Shown: one piece after another, positions 8,973 through 21,040 of the stretch
How the letters are laid out: every line of letters starts with the position of its first letter
Numbering within the stretch: position 1 is the stretch's first letter
Source: Planctomycetota bacterium
GTDB taxonomy: Bacteria > Planctomycetota > B15-G4
DNA: 64,000 nucleotides
Direction: 5' to 3'
NCBI GenBank assembly: GCA_038212275.1
Contig: JBBQUR010000002.1
Location: 1 to 64,000 of the forward strand
The notes under the pieces: model-generated
The model's database searches: none
Told to the model about the DNA's origin: nothing
Seen by the model: only the letters and a program-made list of their open reading frames with translations
Position numbers and translations under genes: made by a program

Positions 8973-11543
8973 TCAGCGCTCCAGCGCGCGCGCCGGGCGC
9001 AGGCCGACGTAGTAGCTGAAGAAGGCGGGCGGGCCGCCGTTGCGCGTGGAGGAGCGCGCTTCGGCCGGACCGTGCAGGAAGCCGCCACCGCGGTAGTTGT
9101 GCGCGGTCTCATCCACCGAGCAGAAGCCGTCCCCGTCGCGCGGGTGCTGGACGTCCCAGTCCTCCCAGGTGTCGAGGCACCACTCGCTCACGTTGCCGAT
9201 CACGTCGTGAAGTCCGAAGGCGTTGGCGGCATAACTGCCGACCGGCGCGTGCGCGGTGAAGCCGTCGTCCATCCAGTCCACGTACTTCCACGCGTCGTGG
9301 CCGCCATGCGTGCGGGCGTAGTCATCCGCGAGGTCGGCCGCACCGGCGAGGCTCTCCGGCTCAGCGCCTGTCCACCACGGCGTGGTCGTGCCGGCACGCG
9401 CCGCGTGCTCCCATTGCGCTTCCGTCGGGAGCGTGAGGCCGAGCTCGCGCGTCACGCGGTCCGCGTCCGCCCAGGTGACGCCCTCGACGGGATGCTGCAG
9501 CGGCCGCTCGGCGTCAAGAAGCCTGGAACCGGGCCCGTAGGTGGACGGGTTGCTGCCCGTGTGCCGCTGCCACTGCCCCTGCGTCATCTCGAACCTGGAG
9601 AGCAGGAAGGGATCCAGGCGCAGGGTCTGGATCGGGCCGTCCCAGCGCCCGCACCAGGCATCCGTTTCAGGTGTCGCGCCGACGTGCGTGAGCCCGCCCG
9701 GCACGAGCACCAGCACGACGGCGCTGGCCTCGTCGATGGCGAGCTTGCCCGTGCCGGCATCGCGCGTCGGCACCACGCCGGTCTGCAGCACCGCAAACTC
9801 CTGCAGGTGAGAGTCCCGGTCGGCGCCCAGCGGGACGAGGCCGCTCTGAGGTCGCAACGCCAGCCCCTCGAAACGCGGGTCGGCGCCGACGGCGGCGGCC
9901 GCGGCCTCCCACGCGGCGTGCGGCTCTTCCAGCGTGAGCCGGCCCACCGAACGCGCGAAGTCCATGCGCGCCTGCACGCTCGACACCGCCGCGCGCAGCT
10001 CGTCGAGCGCGGGCAGGAGCTGCGCGAGCTGTTCGTGCATCCACGCATCGGTGATGCCCGAACCGGCGGCTGCCTCCGCGAGCGCCTGCCGGTGCTGCGC
10101 CTCGCGCGCGAGCACCGGCTGCGCAGCCGCCAGCCAGGCCTCCATGGCCGCCAGGCGCTCGGGCTCCGCAGGCCACAGCGTGCGCTGCTCGTCGAGCAGG
10201 TCGCGCGTGACTTTCTGGTCCGAGAGGCGCGTCACGTCCGCAAGCGTCGCGCGCGTCTCCGCAAGCAGCGATCCCGTCACGACGAGCGCACCGAGGACGA
10301 CGACGGCGAGCGCGCCGAGGCTCGCCGCCAGGCCTGGATTGCGGCGTCCCCAGCTCAGCAGGCGCACGATGGGCCCCGCCGGCCGCGCGAGAATCGGCTC
10401 GTGGCGACGCACGCGGCGCAGGTCCTCCGCGAGATCGAGGGCCGTGCGGTAGCGGCGGTCGAGGTCCTTGCACAGCGCGGTGCGCAGCACCACGCAAAGG
10501 TCGCGGCCGAGGCCCGCGGGCAGGTCCGGTTCCGTGGTCAAGATGGCGTGCACGAGTCCCTCGCGCGTCGGCGCCTCGAAGGGCCGGCGACACAGCAGCG
10601 CCTCGTGCAGCGTGACGCCGAGGGCCCAGACATCCACGCGTCGATCAGGCACGCGTCGATCATCCACGCGTCGATCAGGCACGCGTCGATCAGGCACGCG
10701 TCGATCGGGGCTGCGTCGTTCCGGGCTGAGCCGGGGCGCGCCGGAGCCGCGCGACGCGCGCGCGCTGCCCAGTTGCTCGGGCGCCATGTACGCCGGCGTA
10801 CCCAGCGCATCGCCGGTGAGCGTGAGCGGCGGCCCGTCCTCGTCGGGGCGCGCGACGCCGAAGTCCAGCACGACGGCCTCGCCGCCGGGCGTGATCATGA
10901 GGTTGCCGGGCTTCACGTCGCGGTGCAGGATGCCGGCCTCGTGCGCGGCGTGCAGCGCGCGCGCCGCGCCCTCGATGAGCGCCAGCGCCTGCTCGCGCGG
11001 GAGCGGGCCGTCCGCGAGGCGCCGCGCCAGCGTCGTGCCCTCGACGTAGCGCAGCGCAAGCCACGCGACGGCGTCATCGAAGCCGACGTCGTACACCGCG
11101 CAGAGCCCCGGGTGCTCCACGCGCCCCGCAAGCTGCGCCTCGCGCCGGAAGCGCGGCGCGAGATCCTCCACCAGCGGCGAGCGCGGCACGAGCTTCAGCG
11201 CGACGGGGCGCTCGAGGCGTTCGTCGTGCGCAAGCCAGACCGTGCCCTGCCCGCCGCGTCCCAGCTCGCGCACCAGTCGGTAGTGCGCGACGCGTCCCGC
11301 GTCGCCGGCCGCTGGCGAGGCCATGCGAGCGGCCGGCGAAGCTCGCCCCTGCGACGCGCCCGTCGACGCGACGCTGGCGCGCGACCCGGTCGTCGCGCGC
11401 AGATACTCGGCCTGCACCGCGCGTTCATGGCCCGGATAAAGCGCCTGGTAATCGGCCAGCGTGTTCGCGGCTCCCGCCGCGCGATCGGCAAGCAGCCGAC
11501 CGAGGAAGTCGACGAGGATGCTGTCCGGGAGCGGTGGTTCCAC
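8973..11543 (-). CDS. Ser/Thr protein kinase fused to a C-terminal FGE-sulfatase (SUMF1-like) domain
   Basis: LGRGGQG, VALK, HRDVKPGN, DFG and GTPAYMAPE, then a TM segment, then LPTEAQWEHAARAG, NAFGLHDVIGNVSEWC and GLRPAR. Confidence 0.93.
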   Translation of the reverse strand: MEPPLPDSILVDFLGRLLADRAAGAANTLADYQALYPGHERAVQAEYLRATTGSRASVASTGASQGRASPAARMASPAAGDAGRVAHYRLVRELGRGGQGTVWLAHDERLERPVALKLVPRSPLVEDLAPRFRREAQLAGRVEHPGLCAVYDVGFDDAVAWLALRYVEGTTLARRLADGPLPREQALALIEGAARALHAAHEAGILHRDVKPGNLMITPGGEAVVLDFGVARPDEDGPPLTLTGDALGTPAYMAPEQLGSARASRGSGAPRLSPERRSPDRRVPDRRVPDRRVDDRRVPDRRVDVWALGVTLHEALLCRRPFEAPTREGLVHAILTTEPDLPAGLGRDLCVVLRTALCKDLDRRYRTALDLAEDLRRVRRHEPILARPAGPIVRLLSWGRRNPGLAASLGALAVVVLGALVVTGSLLAETRATLADVTRLSDQKVTRDLLDEQRTLWPAEPERLAAMEAWLAAAQPVLAREAQHRQALAEAAAGSGITDAWMHEQLAQLLPALDELRAAVSSVQARMDFARSVGRLTLEEPHAAWEAAAAAVGADPRFEGLALRPQSGLVPLGADRDSHLQEFAVLQTGVVPTRDAGTGKLAIDEASAVVLVLVPGGLTHVGATPETDAWCGRWDGPIQTLRLDPFLLSRFEMTQGQWQRHTGSNPSTYGPGSRLLDAERPLQHPVEGVTWADADRVTRELGLTLPTEAQWEHAARAGTTTPWWTGAEPESLAGAADLADDYARTHGGHDAWKYVDWMDDGFTAHAPVGSYAANAFGLHDVIGNVSEWCLDTWEDWDVQHPRDGDGFCSVDETAHNYRGGGFLHGPAEARSSTRNGGPPAFFSYYVGLRPARALER
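10631..10720. repeat. 15-bp in-frame tandem repeat (5 units plus 1 degenerate) inside the kinase domain
   Basis: CA(TC/GG)CACGCGTCGAT units, encoding PDRRV/DDRRV repeats before DVWALG. Confidence 0.9.
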
Positions 11544-11633
11544 GCGGCAAGTGTAGTCGGCGATCTGCGCAGCGGGCGGCGGCGCGGCGCGGCCGGCTCC
11601 GGCGCAGCGCGATCCGAGATCGCTGTCCGCGGC

Positions 11634-12233
11634 TCAGGCCGCGACGATGTCGGACCAGCGGGGTTCGGCGCGCAGCTTGTCGCACAGACGCTGCCAGCGT
11701 TTGGCCACGGCGTCGGGGGAGAGCGACAGCAGCTGCCCGACCTCCGCGTGGGAGAGCCCCTCGAGGCCGCGAAAGATCAGCAGGCGCTGGTCCGCTTCGG
11801 GCAACTCGCGGCAGCGCACGACGAAGCGGCGCATGGCGTCGTCGCGCGCGACGGCGCGGGTGACGGCCGTCGCCGGGTCGGGAATCGAGGCAAGCGCTTC
11901 CGTCGGCAGGCCGATGGCGGCGCGCGGGCCGGCCGCGCTCAGCCTGCGGAAGGCCTCGCGCAGGACGTTGCGCGCGATGCCGAAGATCCAGCCGCGGAAC
12001 GGACCGAGCTGCTCGGACCAGGAATCGAAACCCGCGTAGCCGCGGCAGGCCACCTCCTGCAGCAGGTCCTCCGGGTCGAGTCGCGCGCGCAGCGCCGGCC
12101 GGATGTGCAGCGAGGCCCAGGCATGCAGCGCCGGCGCAACGCGCGACCACGCCGCGTCGAAGCTGGGCCGGTCGCCACTCTGCGCACGCTGGGCAAGCGC
12201 ATCGGTCGGCAGGCCTTCGGGACCAGTGGTCAA
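11634..12233 (-). CDS. ECF-type RNA polymerase sigma-70 factor (kinase-associated)
   Basis: DPEDLLQEV, FRGWIFGIARN and region 4 GLSHAEVGQLL; lies directly upstream of the kinase gene. Confidence 0.9.
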   Translation of the reverse strand: MTTGPEGLPTDALAQRAQSGDRPSFDAAWSRVAPALHAWASLHIRPALRARLDPEDLLQEVACRGYAGFDSWSEQLGPFRGWIFGIARNVLREAFRRLSAAGPRAAIGLPTEALASIPDPATAVTRAVARDDAMRRFVVRCRELPEADQRLLIFRGLEGLSHAEVGQLLSLSPDAVAKRWQRLCDKLRAEPRWSDIVAA

Positions 12234-12373
12234 CGACGTCGCTCCGTTCCGGCTCCCCAGCCGAGCCGCTCAGTGTAGCCCCCATCCCGCGGCGTGGCGT
12301 CCGGCGGCCCCGCCCGGGCGCCCGATGGTGGCGGCACGCTCGCAGGCGGGTCATCGCCGCGCGCGCGAGGCCC

Positions 12374-13381
12374 TCACGTCGCCGACAAGGCCCTGGTCAT
12401 CAGCGGCAGCGAGCGCTCGTAGCGGTAGCTCACGCCCATGTGGCCGTCGTCGAACTCCTCGTGATGCACGGCGACGCCCTTGGCACGCAGTGCGTCCGCG
12501 AGCTGCCGCGCGCCGTATTGCAGGTGATATTCGTCGCGCAGGCCGGCGTCGAGGTAGACCAGCGCGAAGTCCGCGAGCACCTCGCCATACACGGCGGCGC
12601 GCTCCACCGGATCGAAGGTGAGCCAGCGCGCCCACACGTCCGGGCGCAGCCGGCCGGTGCGCGGCTCGACCGGAAGCGCGAGGCCGAAGGGCAGGTTCTC
12701 GTCCTCCGAAGGCGAATACGCGGCCGCCATCGCGATGACGTTCATCGCGAGGATCTGCGCCGTGCTCTTGCGCGGCGAGGCCTCGAAGGCCGCCACGAAG
12801 GCCTCCAGGGTGGCGTGCCGGTCGAGCTGCGCGAGCAGCCGCGGAAAGTCGCCGCGGTAGCAGAGGTCGAAGGCCGCATCACCCGCGTGCGATGCGAGCG
12901 CCGCGAAGACCTCCGGGTGCTGCAGGCACAGATGCAGCGCGCCGTAGCCGCCGCTGCTCTTGCCCATGACGCCGCGCCGGGCGCGCTTGCCGCCCACGCC
13001 GAATTGCTTCTCCACGGCGGGCAGCACCTCCTGCAGCAGGTGGTCCTCATAGCGGCCGGTGGCTGGACTGTTCATGTACTGGCTGCCCCCGAAGCGGGTG
13101 AAGCCATCCGGGAAGACCAGCGCCGCGGGCGCCGCGCTGCCCGCGGCGAGCAGCGTCTCGAAGCGCGCCGGCAGCGACGGCTCCCAGGGCGTGCCGCGCA
13201 GCTGTCCCGCGCCGATCCCGGTGAAGCCCGCCAGCACGAGAATGACGGGCATCCCCGGCGTCGCGCCGCCCGGCGGGAGATACACGGGCAGCTCGCGCCG
13301 CCACGGATCGCCCAGCGGGTTGTCCCGCAGCACCGCGCTGTCCAGGACGAGGGTGTGAATCGAACCTTCGAGCAGCGTCAT
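12374..13381 (-). CDS. Alpha/beta-hydrolase esterase (Fes-like)
   Basis: VYLPPG, FGGSQYMNS, nucleophile motif GKSSGGYGA and C-terminal EEFDDGH. Confidence 0.85.
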   Translation of the reverse strand: MTLLEGSIHTLVLDSAVLRDNPLGDPWRRELPVYLPPGGATPGMPVILVLAGFTGIGAGQLRGTPWEPSLPARFETLLAAGSAAPAALVFPDGFTRFGGSQYMNSPATGRYEDHLLQEVLPAVEKQFGVGGKRARRGVMGKSSGGYGALHLCLQHPEVFAALASHAGDAAFDLCYRGDFPRLLAQLDRHATLEAFVAAFEASPRKSTAQILAMNVIAMAAAYSPSEDENLPFGLALPVEPRTGRLRPDVWARWLTFDPVERAAVYGEVLADFALVYLDAGLRDEYHLQYGARQLADALRAKGVAVHHEEFDDGHMGVSYRYERSLPLMTRALSAT

Positions 13382-13755
13382 GGCGGGCCGCAGCCTAACT
13401 CGCCATGCGCTCGGAGGGTGAGCGTGGCCTGCACGTCGAGGCGCCCGGCGCGATCCTGCGCCGAGCCGGGATGCCGGGGTGCTGGGAGGTCAGGCTGCCG
13501 GGATGCCGGGATGCCGCCTGGCGTCACGGAGGAGGTCGCGCGTGTCGGCCGGTTCGGGATCGGAGTCGGCCACGACCGTGACGGCGAGGGGCGCCAGCTG
13601 TGGCAATTCACGCGACAGACCGGGGCGCGCCGCCCGCTCCCGGGCCACGCGGCCCCGTCCCCATACCCCGCCGCTCATGGAAGGGTTATGGTTGATGCAT
13701 CACTCGCCGGGAAATCCGGTGATCACTCTCTGTCTTTTCGTGTCTGGAGATGTGC

Positions 13756-13971
13756 ATGCCTGTCGGACGTGTGAAATGGTTCAGTGACGAGAAGGGCTAC
13801 GGCTTCATCGAGGTCGAAGGCCGCGAAAAGGACGTGTTCGTCCACTACAGCGACATCAAGGGCGACGGTTTCCGCAGCCTTGAAGAAGGTGTCAAAGTGG
13901 AGTTCACGATCGAGCCGGGAAAGAACGGCGATCGCGCGAAGGAAGTCATGAAGGTCGAAGCCGAGGTCTGA
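13756..13971 (+). CDS. Cold-shock protein (CspA family)
   Basis: [15 protein letters not shown] and DVFVHYS; GGAG RBS at 13746. Confidence 0.95.
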   Translation: MPVGRVKWFSDEKGYGFIEVEGREKDVFVHYSDIKGDGFRSLEEGVKVEFTIEPGKNGDRAKEVMKVEAEV

Positions 13972-14022
13972 GACTCAGGGCGGCCGGCGCCACCACCGCC
14001 GGCCCGCGACAACTTACGCCAC

Positions 14023-14066
14023 CGCGGGCCCTGTCCTCCTGAGGGAGTCGGGGCCCGCGCTGTTTT
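14023..14066 (+). terminator. Probable intrinsic terminator after the cold-shock gene
   Basis: Stem CGCGGGCCC (14023-14031) / GGGCCCGCG (14051-14059) followed by CTGTTTT. Confidence 0.6.
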
Positions 14067-14128
14067 CGGCGCGCGCCTTCATGCTGTGCGCCATGGCCTG
14101 CAGCCCGCGCGCCGCGCAGCCTGCGCGT

Positions 14129-14247
14129 GTCAGTCCCCGGCGCGCGTTAGTCCCCGGCGCGCGTCAGTCCCCGGCGCGCGTTAGTCTCCGGCGCGCGTCA
14201 GTCCCCGGCGCGCGTTAGTCCCCGGCGCGCGTTAGTCTCCGGCGCGC
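14129..14247. repeat. Intergenic tandem repeat, 7 x 17 bp
   Basis: GT(C/T)AGTC(C/T)CCGGCGCGC, head to tail with no spacers. Confidence 0.95.
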
Positions 14248-14371
14248 GGCTGCCCCGGGCGCCCCGCCGGTAGCCAGCGCCAGGCTCGGCAGCTATCGTG
14301 CGAAGTTCCCTGCGCCAGCCGCGCGCACAGCGCGTCGTGCGGCCCGCTCCCTTCACCGCGAGGTACACGCC

Positions 14372-14791
14372 ATGCCGATCATGAGTCTCGGACCGAAGGC
14401 CTCCCATGCCGCGATGGCGGCCGGGCCGCACTGCTTCATCGACGTGCGCACCGCGGAGGAGTTCAACGCCGGGCACCCAAGCGGTGCGATCAACGTGCCG
14501 ATCGCGCACCGCACGCCGGCCGGCCAGATGGCGCCCAACGCGGACTTCGTCGCGGTGATGAAGACCGTCGCGCAGCCCGGCACCAAGGTGTTCGCGTCGT
14601 GCCAGGCAGGCATGCGCTCGATGAACGCGTGCAAGGCGCTGGAGCAGGCCGGCTACACCAACATCGTGAACATCGAGGGCGGCTTCGGCGGTCGCAAGGG
14701 CGCCGCGGGCCTGCCCGACGTCCCGGGCTGGCGCGAGTGCGCGCTGCCGACGGACAGCACGCCGTCCACGTACGCCAAGCCGAAGGCCTGA
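14372..14791 (+). CDS. Rhodanese-like domain protein
   Basis: IDVRTAEEFNAGHPSGAINVP, active-site loop CQAGMRS and NIEGGF. Confidence 0.92.
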   Translation: MPIMSLGPKASHAAMAAGPHCFIDVRTAEEFNAGHPSGAINVPIAHRTPAGQMAPNADFVAVMKTVAQPGTKVFASCQAGMRSMNACKALEQAGYTNIVNIEGGFGGRKGAAGLPDVPGWRECALPTDSTPSTYAKPKA

Positions 14792-14899
14792 GGCGGGCGG
14801 ATCGCGGCGCAGGCCGCTCGTCCAGCGCAGGCAGCGCGGCCGGACCGGGCAGCGCGAACAGCTCGCGGGCAAGCGACCTTGGGCCGATACAATCCGGGC

Positions 14900-15127
14900 A
14901 TGTTCGACCTGCCTGATCCCGAGTCCCCGCCATCCGCTCGATTGCGCGCCACCCTCGAGATGTATGCGGACGGCGTGGACATCATGCGACGCGGCCTGCG
15001 GCGAGACTTCCCCGAGGCCACGGAAGCGGACCTCCTCCGCATGCTCGTCCGATGGCTCCATGAACGGCCGGGAGCCGAGCAAGGCGATTGCGACGGCACG
15101 CCGCGACACTGGGTCCCTTCGACTTGA
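14900..15127 (+). CDS. Small antitoxin resembling M. tuberculosis MenA1 (Rv0078B)
   Basis: RLRATLEMYADGVDIMRRGLRRDFPEA...WLHERPGAEQGD matches MenA1 as I recall it; its stop overlaps the toxin start (TTGA). Confidence 0.72.
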   Translation: MFDLPDPESPPSARLRATLEMYADGVDIMRRGLRRDFPEATEADLLRMLVRWLHERPGAEQGDCDGTPRHWVPST

Positions 15128-15738
15128 CGCCTCTGGGCGTTGCCTTGTCCCGAGTCGTCGCTGACCTCACGCAGGATGGCGTGCGCTTTGCCGTTGTCGG
15201 CGGCATCGCCGTCTCGGAACGCACAATGCCACGCTTCACCGGGGATGTGGATCTCGCCGTCGCCGTCGAGTCGGACAGCGAGGCCGAGCGCGTCGTCGGT
15301 GGACTGCTCCGCCGCGGGTACCGACTGTTCAAGCAGTTGGAGCACATTGACACGCACCGCTTCGCAACGGCACGCATGCTCCTGCCGCCCGCACTCTTCG
15401 CAAATGATGAATCACCGGTCGTGGATCTCCTCCTGGCGACAGCAGGCATCGAGAAGGAGGTCGTCGCGGAAGCGGAAATCCTCGAGGTCGTCGGCGGACA
15501 GCGAGTCCCGGTCGCCCGCATCGGCCACCTGCTCGCGCTGAAACTGCTGTCCGAAGACCCGGACCGCCGGCCGCTGGATGCTGCCGACATCGTGGCCTTG
15601 CTTCGGAAAGCCACTCCAGCGGACCTCATGACGACGAGGAGTGCCGTCGCGCTCATCGAGAGTCGAGGATACGCGCGCGGCAAGGATCTCGCGCTCAAGC
15701 TGAGCGAACTGCTGAAGCGACACGGCATGCGTGGCTGA
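15124..15738 (+). CDS. Nucleotidyltransferase toxin, MenT1 (Rv0078A)/AbiEii-like
   Basis: VVGGIAVSERTMPRFTGDVD, VDLL, GIEKE, HLLALKLL and RRPLDAAD. Confidence 0.8.
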   Translation: MTPLGVALSRVVADLTQDGVRFAVVGGIAVSERTMPRFTGDVDLAVAVESDSEAERVVGGLLRRGYRLFKQLEHIDTHRFATARMLLPPALFANDESPVVDLLLATAGIEKEVVAEAEILEVVGGQRVPVARIGHLLALKLLSEDPDRRPLDAADIVALLRKATPADLMTTRSAVALIESRGYARGKDLALKLSELLKRHGMRG

Positions 15739-15739
15739 G

Positions 15740-16333
15740 TCACTCGACTCTCAGATGCGCTTCCAGATCCTGCTGGCCTGCATTCTCAAGTCGCTTCCCG
15801 ATGAAGCGGAGGCGGCCTGCTCCCTTGCAAGGCTCCCATGAAAACCGGATCCGGCCACGCGCGGTGGTCGCCGCGATTTCTTCGTCCAGGTCGATCACGA
15901 CCATCCGGCGACGAACATCCGCATCCAGCCAATCGGCGAGTTCACGATGGATCGCCTTATCACCGAAGCTGTAGCCGGCCACGACCACGCGAACCAGTGC
16001 GGGATTTTCGTACTCGTCGGAGACATCCTCGAACACCTGCAATGCGACGTAATAGAGGTGCTCGTAGTTGACCACCGTCCCCGCATCGCCCGCGAATCGC
16101 GTCGTGCACAACTCGTTCGCCTTCTTGACGAAGGCCTGAGCCATCCGGCGATCGATACGGTGCGATGGATCCTCTACCCCGCTGAACCCGTAGCGCTGAT
16201 CGTTGGACTTCACGACGCCCTCTGCGGACAAGATGCTCTTCGTGATGAATTCCGTAGAGGGCAAGCCGGCACCGCGGGATGCTCCGGAGCCAAGCAGGAC
16301 GATGACGCGGTCAGGAGCGGCGGCGGTTCTCAT
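15740..16333 (-). pseudogene. SIR2-like (SIR2_2) protein, apparently internally deleted
   Basis: Keeps N-terminal VLLGSGAS and C-terminal VVAGYSFGD but is only 197 aa and lacks the central TxNYD and KLHGS motifs. Confidence 0.6.
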
Positions 16334-16347
16334 GGCTCGTCGCTCAG

Positions 16348-18720
<2,373 letters not shown>

Positions 18721-18757
18721 CGCGGCGTTTTAGCACGCGAGCTGCGCGCAGCGCCGC

Positions 18758-20986
18758 TCAGATGTCGACCACCAGCTCCGGCGCCGACGGGTCGGTGCTC
18801 ACCTCGAAGGCGCCGCGCGCGATCACCTGGTCATACGTGGCGGGGTGCACGCTCAGCGTGCGGTAGGTCCCCGGCGGCAGGCGCAGGGACGCCGGCCGCG
18901 CGGCAGAGACCGGCACCGAGAGGTGCACGCCGGCATGCGTGCTCTCCACCCACACGACGCGCGGCAGCCCCTCCTCGTCGACGTTGCGCAGACTGACGAG
19001 GCCGGTGCCCGGGAGAGACATGGGCACGACGACCTCCGCGCAGCGCCCGCTCTCGATCTCGACGGACTTCACGACGACGGTCGCCGGCCCGGGCTGCGCG
19101 CTGCCGCGTCCCGCGGCGATCACGCACGTCAGCTCCCAGCGTCCTGACGGAAGCGTGGTGAGCTCGAAGCGCCCATCCGCATCGACGACGGCCGTCAGCG
19201 GAGACATCGTTTTCACTCCCACCCCGGCGTGGGCCTGAACGCTGGCCATGACATCGGCGGCGGGCGGCGGTTGCAGCCGGCCGCGCACCGCGCCGCAGGG
19301 CGCGTCCGTGAACTCCAGCGTGCGCAACTCCCCCGCCGCCAGCTCGACGCGCTGCGGAGCGGCGCCGCCCTGCGCGCCCAGCAGTCGGACCTCGTACGCT
19401 CCGGCCGGCACGGCGGCGGCGATCTCGCCAGTGCGCGGGTCCAGCTTCACGAGGCGCCGCTCGTCGTCCGCGAGGCGCCGCAGCTCGATCCGCGCCGGAA
19501 GCCGCTCGGCTCCCTGCGCGTCGCGCACGACGACGCGCAACGTCGCGGCGTTCGGCAGATCAGGCAGCACGAGGTCGACGGTGTCGCCGTTGCCGACCGG
19601 CGAGCGCACAACGGTCCGCCCGCCGAGCTGCACCTCCAGAGCAACCGGCGGCGGCACGCTCGAGATCCCCTCGCGGCTGCCGGACTCGAAGGCGCTCATG
19701 AAGACCTCGTCCGTCTCGCCCGTCGCGAGCGAACGCGCGATGGCCGGCACGTTGCCATTCCACAGCACGGTCGTGCGCTGCGAGAGCTCCGCGATGTCCA
19801 GCTCGCGGCCGCTCGCATCAAGGATGCGGAAGTTGAACATCAGCGCCGCGCCCGCGGAGGACCCAACCGCAGCTGCATTGGCGCCCCTCGCGAGCGGATC
19901 GAAGGCACACTCGAGCCGCGCCTGCGCGCCCGGAGCCAAGCGCACGGCGCTCGCGAGCGGTGCGGAGAAGCGCCCCGCGCGCAGGAGCACATTCCACTCG
20001 CGGCGCGGATCGAGCCCTTCGAGCCGGGCTTCACCGGCCTCGAGCGGTGCGGAGCGCCTCGCATCGCTGGCGCCGTCGACGGCTTCGAGCACCACCGTCG
20101 GTGCCGGCGTCCCGCGTCCGTTCGCGGCCGCGAGCGTGTCCACCGGACCGACGACGGCGACGGTGAGCGTGGCCGACCGCGGAAGCCGCAGCGTGAAGAC
20201 GTGTCGGCCCGACGCGGGAAGTTCGACGGTGAGCCGGCGCCCTCGCTTCTCTCCGGGCGGCGCGACGAGAGCGCTGAGCACGCGCCCGCCGGCCAGGCTC
20301 GCGTCGAAGGCACCGGCGTCGTCCGTAACCAGCTTCGCGAGCGGCACGAAATCCGGCCAGCGGGCTTCGGGCGCGACCCAGCGCTCGAGGGCCACGCTCG
20401 CGCCGGCGATGGGCGTGTCGTCGTCGTCCCAGACGAGCCGGCCCTGCAGCGCGACGAGTTCCGCCAGCGCGAAGTCGACGGAAGCGGGCCGCATGCCCGT
20501 TGCAAGCAAGCTCACGGCGGCGTGCGCGCTCTCGCGCCCGTCGGCTGCGGCGCTGACCTCCACCGTCGAGCGGCCGGGCTGCAGCGCGAGCTCGTAGCGA
20601 CCGTCAGCGTCGGTGACGGCGGGCGGCTCCGGTTGCGTCGCGGGCGCGCCTTCCGTCACGCCCACGCGAGCACCCTCCAGCGGCGCGCCGTCCGTCGCGG
20701 TGACGCGGCCTCGTACGGTGACGAACTCCGCGGCGGCAGGAAGCGTCTCGGCGTCGCGTGGCGGCACGATGGGCAGACCGTTGGTGCTGCGCGCGGCGAG
20801 ATCATCGGACGTGATAGACGCCTCCGTCGACACACCGGCGCGGGCCGGGTCGCCGCTTCGTGCGCGATCCGCGGGCCTCGGCACGTCGGCGCCGTCGATG
20901 CCGTCGGCTCGCGTGCGGAGCACGACAAAGAGGGCGACGATGACGACGAGCGCCACGAGTCCGGCGGCGATCCGGCTTCCCTTCAT
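18758..20986 (-). CDS. Membrane-anchored protein with carboxypeptidase-regulatory-like repeats
   Basis: N-terminal TM; repeated VRGRV...G.P..GA.V...TDADGRY/F modules. Confidence 0.75.
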   Translation of the reverse strand: MKGSRIAAGLVALVVIVALFVVLRTRADGIDGADVPRPADRARSGDPARAGVSTEASITSDDLAARSTNGLPIVPPRDAETLPAAAEFVTVRGRVTATDGAPLEGARVGVTEGAPATQPEPPAVTDADGRYELALQPGRSTVEVSAAADGRESAHAAVSLLATGMRPASVDFALAELVALQGRLVWDDDDTPIAGASVALERWVAPEARWPDFVPLAKLVTDDAGAFDASLAGGRVLSALVAPPGEKRGRRLTVELPASGRHVFTLRLPRSATLTVAVVGPVDTLAAANGRGTPAPTVVLEAVDGASDARRSAPLEAGEARLEGLDPRREWNVLLRAGRFSAPLASAVRLAPGAQARLECAFDPLARGANAAAVGSSAGAALMFNFRILDASGRELDIAELSQRTTVLWNGNVPAIARSLATGETDEVFMSAFESGSREGISSVPPPVALEVQLGGRTVVRSPVGNGDTVDLVLPDLPNAATLRVVVRDAQGAERLPARIELRRLADDERRLVKLDPRTGEIAAAVPAGAYEVRLLGAQGGAAPQRVELAAGELRTLEFTDAPCGAVRGRLQPPPAADVMASVQAHAGVGVKTMSPLTAVVDADGRFELTTLPSGRWELTCVIAAGRGSAQPGPATVVVKSVEIESGRCAEVVVPMSLPGTGLVSLRNVDEEGLPRVVWVESTHAGVHLSVPVSAARPASLRLPPGTYRTLSVHPATYDQVIARGAFEVSTDPSAPELVVDI

Positions 20987-21040
20987 GGGGCCGTCCCGAA
21001 AACATGCGATGGCACTTCGGGTTCCCCGGGAGTCATCGCG

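Noticed and set aside
8973..9200. FGE-sulfatase C-terminus as a diversity-generating retroelement target
   Set aside because: No reverse transcriptase or adenine-variant template repeat was seen in the window; a remote DGR cannot be excluded.
5830..12278. Very long alternative ORFs (e.g. 5830-8760+, 8952-12278+, 31433-35026-, 49207-52521+)
   Set aside because: These are antisense or shadow frames of motif-supported genes, expected in high-GC DNA, and carry no recognisable motifs.
14129..14247. Possible CRISPR array
   Set aside because: Units are 17 bp and contiguous with no unique spacers, and there are no cas genes. The same applies to the repeats at 57526 and 62785.
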